Virus record (IMG/VR): IMGVR_UViG_3300045988_178189
Direction: 5' to 3' (one strand)
Length of the DNA: 18,770 bases
Source of the DNA: a virus
Within the stretch, counting starts at the first letter, position 1; every line of letters begins with the position of its first letter. The notes beneath the pieces are model-generated. The model saw only the letters and a program-made list of their open reading frames with translations. It made no database searches and was not told where the DNA came from. Position numbers and translations under genes: made by a program. Shown one piece after another: positions 16,686 to 18,770 of this stretch.

Positions 16686-16823
16686 CTATCTACTTTTCAA
16701 CACTTCTAACATTTTATTATATTGATCGAATAAATCATCCAAATCAATATGACAAAAATCTAATATCGGCTTATTTAAATAATAAAATTCTATTAATTTA
16801 AAACAAATTTCTTCTTTATTCAT
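16686..16823 (-). CDS. Small hypothetical protein (45 aa), not in the ORF track
   Basis: Manual translation gives MNKEEICFKLIEFYYLNKPILDFCHIDLDDLFDQYNKMLEVLKSR*. RBS agaggtag precedes it. Its ATG overlaps the upstream stop in an ATGAATAA arrangement, and the ORF fills an otherwise empty 142-bp gap. Confidence 0.3.
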   Translation of the reverse strand: MNKEEICFKLIEFYYLNKPILDFCHIDLDDLFDQYNKMLEVLKSR

Positions 16824-17091
16824 TTTCTACCTCTTTATCTTTTCCATTTTCTATTTCATTTATTGTAAGTAAATTATTTAAAAAATTTCTTTCTGACTTT
16901 GTAATATCCCTTTTATTTAATCTTTTTTGGACTTGTCTTTTTATACTATCAAGTTCAGTTAAACTCATAAGCATAGTATTATTAGTTGTATTAACATATA
17001 TATTAACATCACATGGAAGTGTTATATTCATAGATTCTACTATCGCTTTAGGAATATATATTCTTCCAGCTTTATCCATTACTACTTTCAT
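16816..17091 (-). CDS. AbrB/MazE/SpoVT-type (swapped-hairpin) DNA-binding protein, putative transcriptional regulator, 91 aa
   Basis: The N-terminus MKVVMDKAGRIYIPKAIVESMNI matches the AbrB-N/MazE pattern (K...D..GR+.IPK.+R+.+G+). Confidence 0.5.
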   Translation of the reverse strand: MKVVMDKAGRIYIPKAIVESMNITLPCDVNIYVNTTNNTMLMSLTELDSIKRQVQKRLNKRDITKSERNFLNNLLTINEIENGKDKEVENE

Positions 17092-17398
17092 TTTTACTCT
17101 CCTTTTTAACTGGGGTAAGTCTCATATAACAATTATTAAAATCTAATAATGCACTTTTAAAACCAGTTAGAAAATTCATACAGTCCACTACCTTATCACA
17201 GTAGATAATATATTCCATATCTTTAGATTTTATATTTAATATCTTATCTTTAAAACTATAATCTATTTCTAAATCACAACACCCTCTTAATTCCTCAATA
17301 AATTCTTCAAGATTTTTTAAATCAGTTTTAGTTGGCATTACTAACATTTGCAATACTCTTAAACCCTTATTTTTATTTACTTGCTTTTTCTTTGACAT
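17072..17398 (-). CDS. Hypothetical Cys-rich early protein (108 aa)
   Basis: ORF with overlapping start and stop. Cysteines are clustered (GCCD, YCDKVVDC, NNCY), which hints at a possible metal-binding site. Confidence 0.4.
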   Translation of the reverse strand: MSKKKQVNKNKGLRVLQMLVMPTKTDLKNLEEFIEELRGCCDLEIDYSFKDKILNIKSKDMEYIIYCDKVVDCMNFLTGFKSALLDFNNCYMRLTPVKKESKNESSNG

Positions 17399-17661
17399 TT
17401 TGCTATCTCCTTAATTAAAGTAGCTGTGCTATCTATAATATCTAAAACATCATCATTAAATTTATTATTCTCTAGAGCAAGTGCTATTGATACCATTAAC
17501 TCAATAATTCCTACTTCAAGACTCTTATCAGAATTCTTTTTACTTTTAACATCAAGCCTTACAAAGTCTTTATCAACCTCTAATATTATTTTATGATTAC
17601 CTAAAATTTTATTTGACAATTTAAAATTTTCTTTTATTAATCTTTCCTTATCATTATCCAT
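17377..17661 (-). CDS. Hypothetical early protein (94 aa)
   Basis: ORF in the early operon with compact spacing. Confidence 0.4.
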   Translation of the reverse strand: MDNDKERLIKENFKLSNKILGNHKIILEVDKDFVRLDVKSKKNSDKSLEVGIIELMVSIALALENNKFNDDVLDIIDSTATLIKEIAKCQRKSK

Positions 17662-17664
17662 TAT

Positions 17665-17934
17665 TTATTCTCCTTTCTTATCACAAGCTTTTGTTATTGA
17701 TAAAAGTTGCAATGCTAATTGAAGTAGTTGTTCAGTTGTAAATTTAGTATTATCACTAATTATTACATTTTCAATATAAATGAGTAAACTAAGTAGTATA
17801 TCAAATCTTGGTACATCTATGTTATTAGTTACAAACATAATTTTTTCATCACATTTTGTAATTATTCCTTCAAAATTAGGTGTTTTATTTAATATTCTTT
17901 CATTCATAATTTTTTGATTTTTAAATTTATACAT
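17665..17934 (-). CDS. Hypothetical early protein (89 aa)
   Basis: ORF in the early operon with an 8-bp overlap with its neighbour. Confidence 0.4.
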   Translation of the reverse strand: MYKFKNQKIMNERILNKTPNFEGIITKCDEKIMFVTNNIDVPRFDILLSLLIYIENVIISDNTKFTTEQLLQLALQLLSITKACDKKGE

Positions 17935-18196
17935 TTTCTTTTTCCTCCTTATTTAAATAAAGTTTTAATGTATCAAAACCATAATTTAACGATTTTCTTT
18001 CACGATCACTTAATTTAACACCATTTTCAAGTAATTTAATCAGTATAAATTGAATAACACTTAATATTTGAAAATCATTACCCTGTAATAGATATAATCC
18101 TATTTTAGGATTAATACTAATTTCGCACTCATAATTATTTTTCATTGCTTTTAGCAATTGTTTATCATTTTTAGTTAATTTTATATTAGATATCAT
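17927..18196 (-). CDS. Hypothetical early protein (89 aa)
   Basis: ORF in the early operon. RBS aggagga is upstream. Confidence 0.4.
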   Translation of the reverse strand: MISNIKLTKNDKQLLKAMKNNYECEISINPKIGLYLLQGNDFQILSVIQFILIKLLENGVKLSDRERKSLNYGFDTLKLYLNKEEKENV

Positions 18197-18208
18197 TATT
18201 TTTCCTCC

Positions 18209-18646
18209 TTATAAATTTAATTCATCTAATGTATAGTCTTTATCTAATTTCATACCTTTATACATAGTGTTAGGTTTAAAACTAGGTAAATTTATACAAC
18301 CACGTATATTTTTATTTAAATCTTTATACATTATTGATATATACTCATTACCATGATAAGTATCCTTTGTAATATGTAATATTTTATCCCTAAAAGGTCC
18401 TATTATACCTTTTAAATATTCCTTTTCTACTTTATCTAAAATATTATATATACACACTAGAAAACTATACTTAAAAGTAGGTGTTGTAAATGATAAGTAA
18501 AAACCCTCATCACTTCTATACATATAATTTAAATCGGAACAACCTATTTTATAATAATGTCTATCATGATATATAATTTCATCGGGCATTAATCCCCCCG
18601 TATGCCACCTATAATATAAATTACAAGCAGAGATATTTTGTCTCAT
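18209..18646 (-). CDS. First right-end early protein (145 aa from the RBS-supported ATG; positional analogue of phi29 gene 17)
   Basis: The listed ORF starts inside the ITR. Internal Met42 (MRQNISAC...) is preceded by aaaggagga plus 6 nt, just downstream of the ITR promoter. Confidence 0.5.
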   Translation of the reverse strand: MRQNISACNLYYRWHTGGLMPDEIIYHDRHYYKIGCSDLNYMYRSDEGFYLSFTTPTFKYSFLVCIYNILDKVEKEYLKGIIGPFRDKILHITKDTYHGNEYISIMYKDLNKNIRGCINLPSFKPNTMYKGMKLDKDYTLDELNL

Positions 18647-18671
18647 AACTATTCCTCCTTTCGATACATAA

Positions 18672-18700
18672 AGTATACCACAAATACTATACCATTGCAA
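18672..18700 (-). promoter_or_regulatory. Mirror copy of the ITR promoter (TTGCAA - 17 nt - TGgTATACT) directing leftward transcription of the right-end early operon
   Basis: Identical to 71-99 by ITR symmetry. The downstream sequence diverges, leading to RBS aaaggagga and the ATG at 18646. Confidence 0.55.
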
Positions 18701-18770
18701 TACCAAAACATTTGTTTGCATTGTAGTGCCATTGGTTAGTGTTGAGTTGTGGCTATTTGGTATGTGCATG
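18672..18770. repeat. Right inverted terminal repeat (99 bp)
   Basis: Exact reverse complement of 1-99. Confidence 0.95.

Overview
This window appears to be a complete linear genome (18,770 bp, low GC, roughly 27-30% by eye) of a small phi29-like podophage with protein-primed replication. It is bounded by perfect 99-bp inverted terminal repeats (1-99 and 18672-18770). Each repeat carries an identical inward-facing sigma-A-type promoter.

Layout:
- Left arm, + strand: a small rightward operon (131-1444) that includes a bacterial-type OB-fold SSB.
- Remainder, - strand, read from the right end leftwards:
  - ORFan early genes, including an AbrB/MazE-like regulator.
  - An intergenic switch region containing three 21-bp tandem repeats and a near-consensus late promoter.
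  - The morphogenesis genes: scaffold, major capsid with a BIG2-like C-terminus, gp9-like tail knob, gp10-like portal, gp11-like lower collar, and two tail-fibre proteins.
  - A lysis cassette: a membrane protein, a 56-aa holin missing from the ORF track, an M23+SH3b endolysin, and a second M23/LAS-like peptidase.
  - The gp16-like packaging ATPase.
  - A 620-bp non-coding region.
  - A replication module: a putative p5-like SSB, a putative terminal protein, and a phi29-type family-B DNA polymerase.

The 620-bp non-coding region holds two tandem consensus promoters and three conspicuous RNA/DNA structural elements. These could be a structured leader, operators, or a prohead-RNA-like ncRNA.

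Evidence basis: the polymerase and ATPase calls rest on motifs read directly from the translations. Several other calls (portal, tail knob, terminal protein, p5-like SSB) rest on reference sequences recalled from memory and need a database or profile check.
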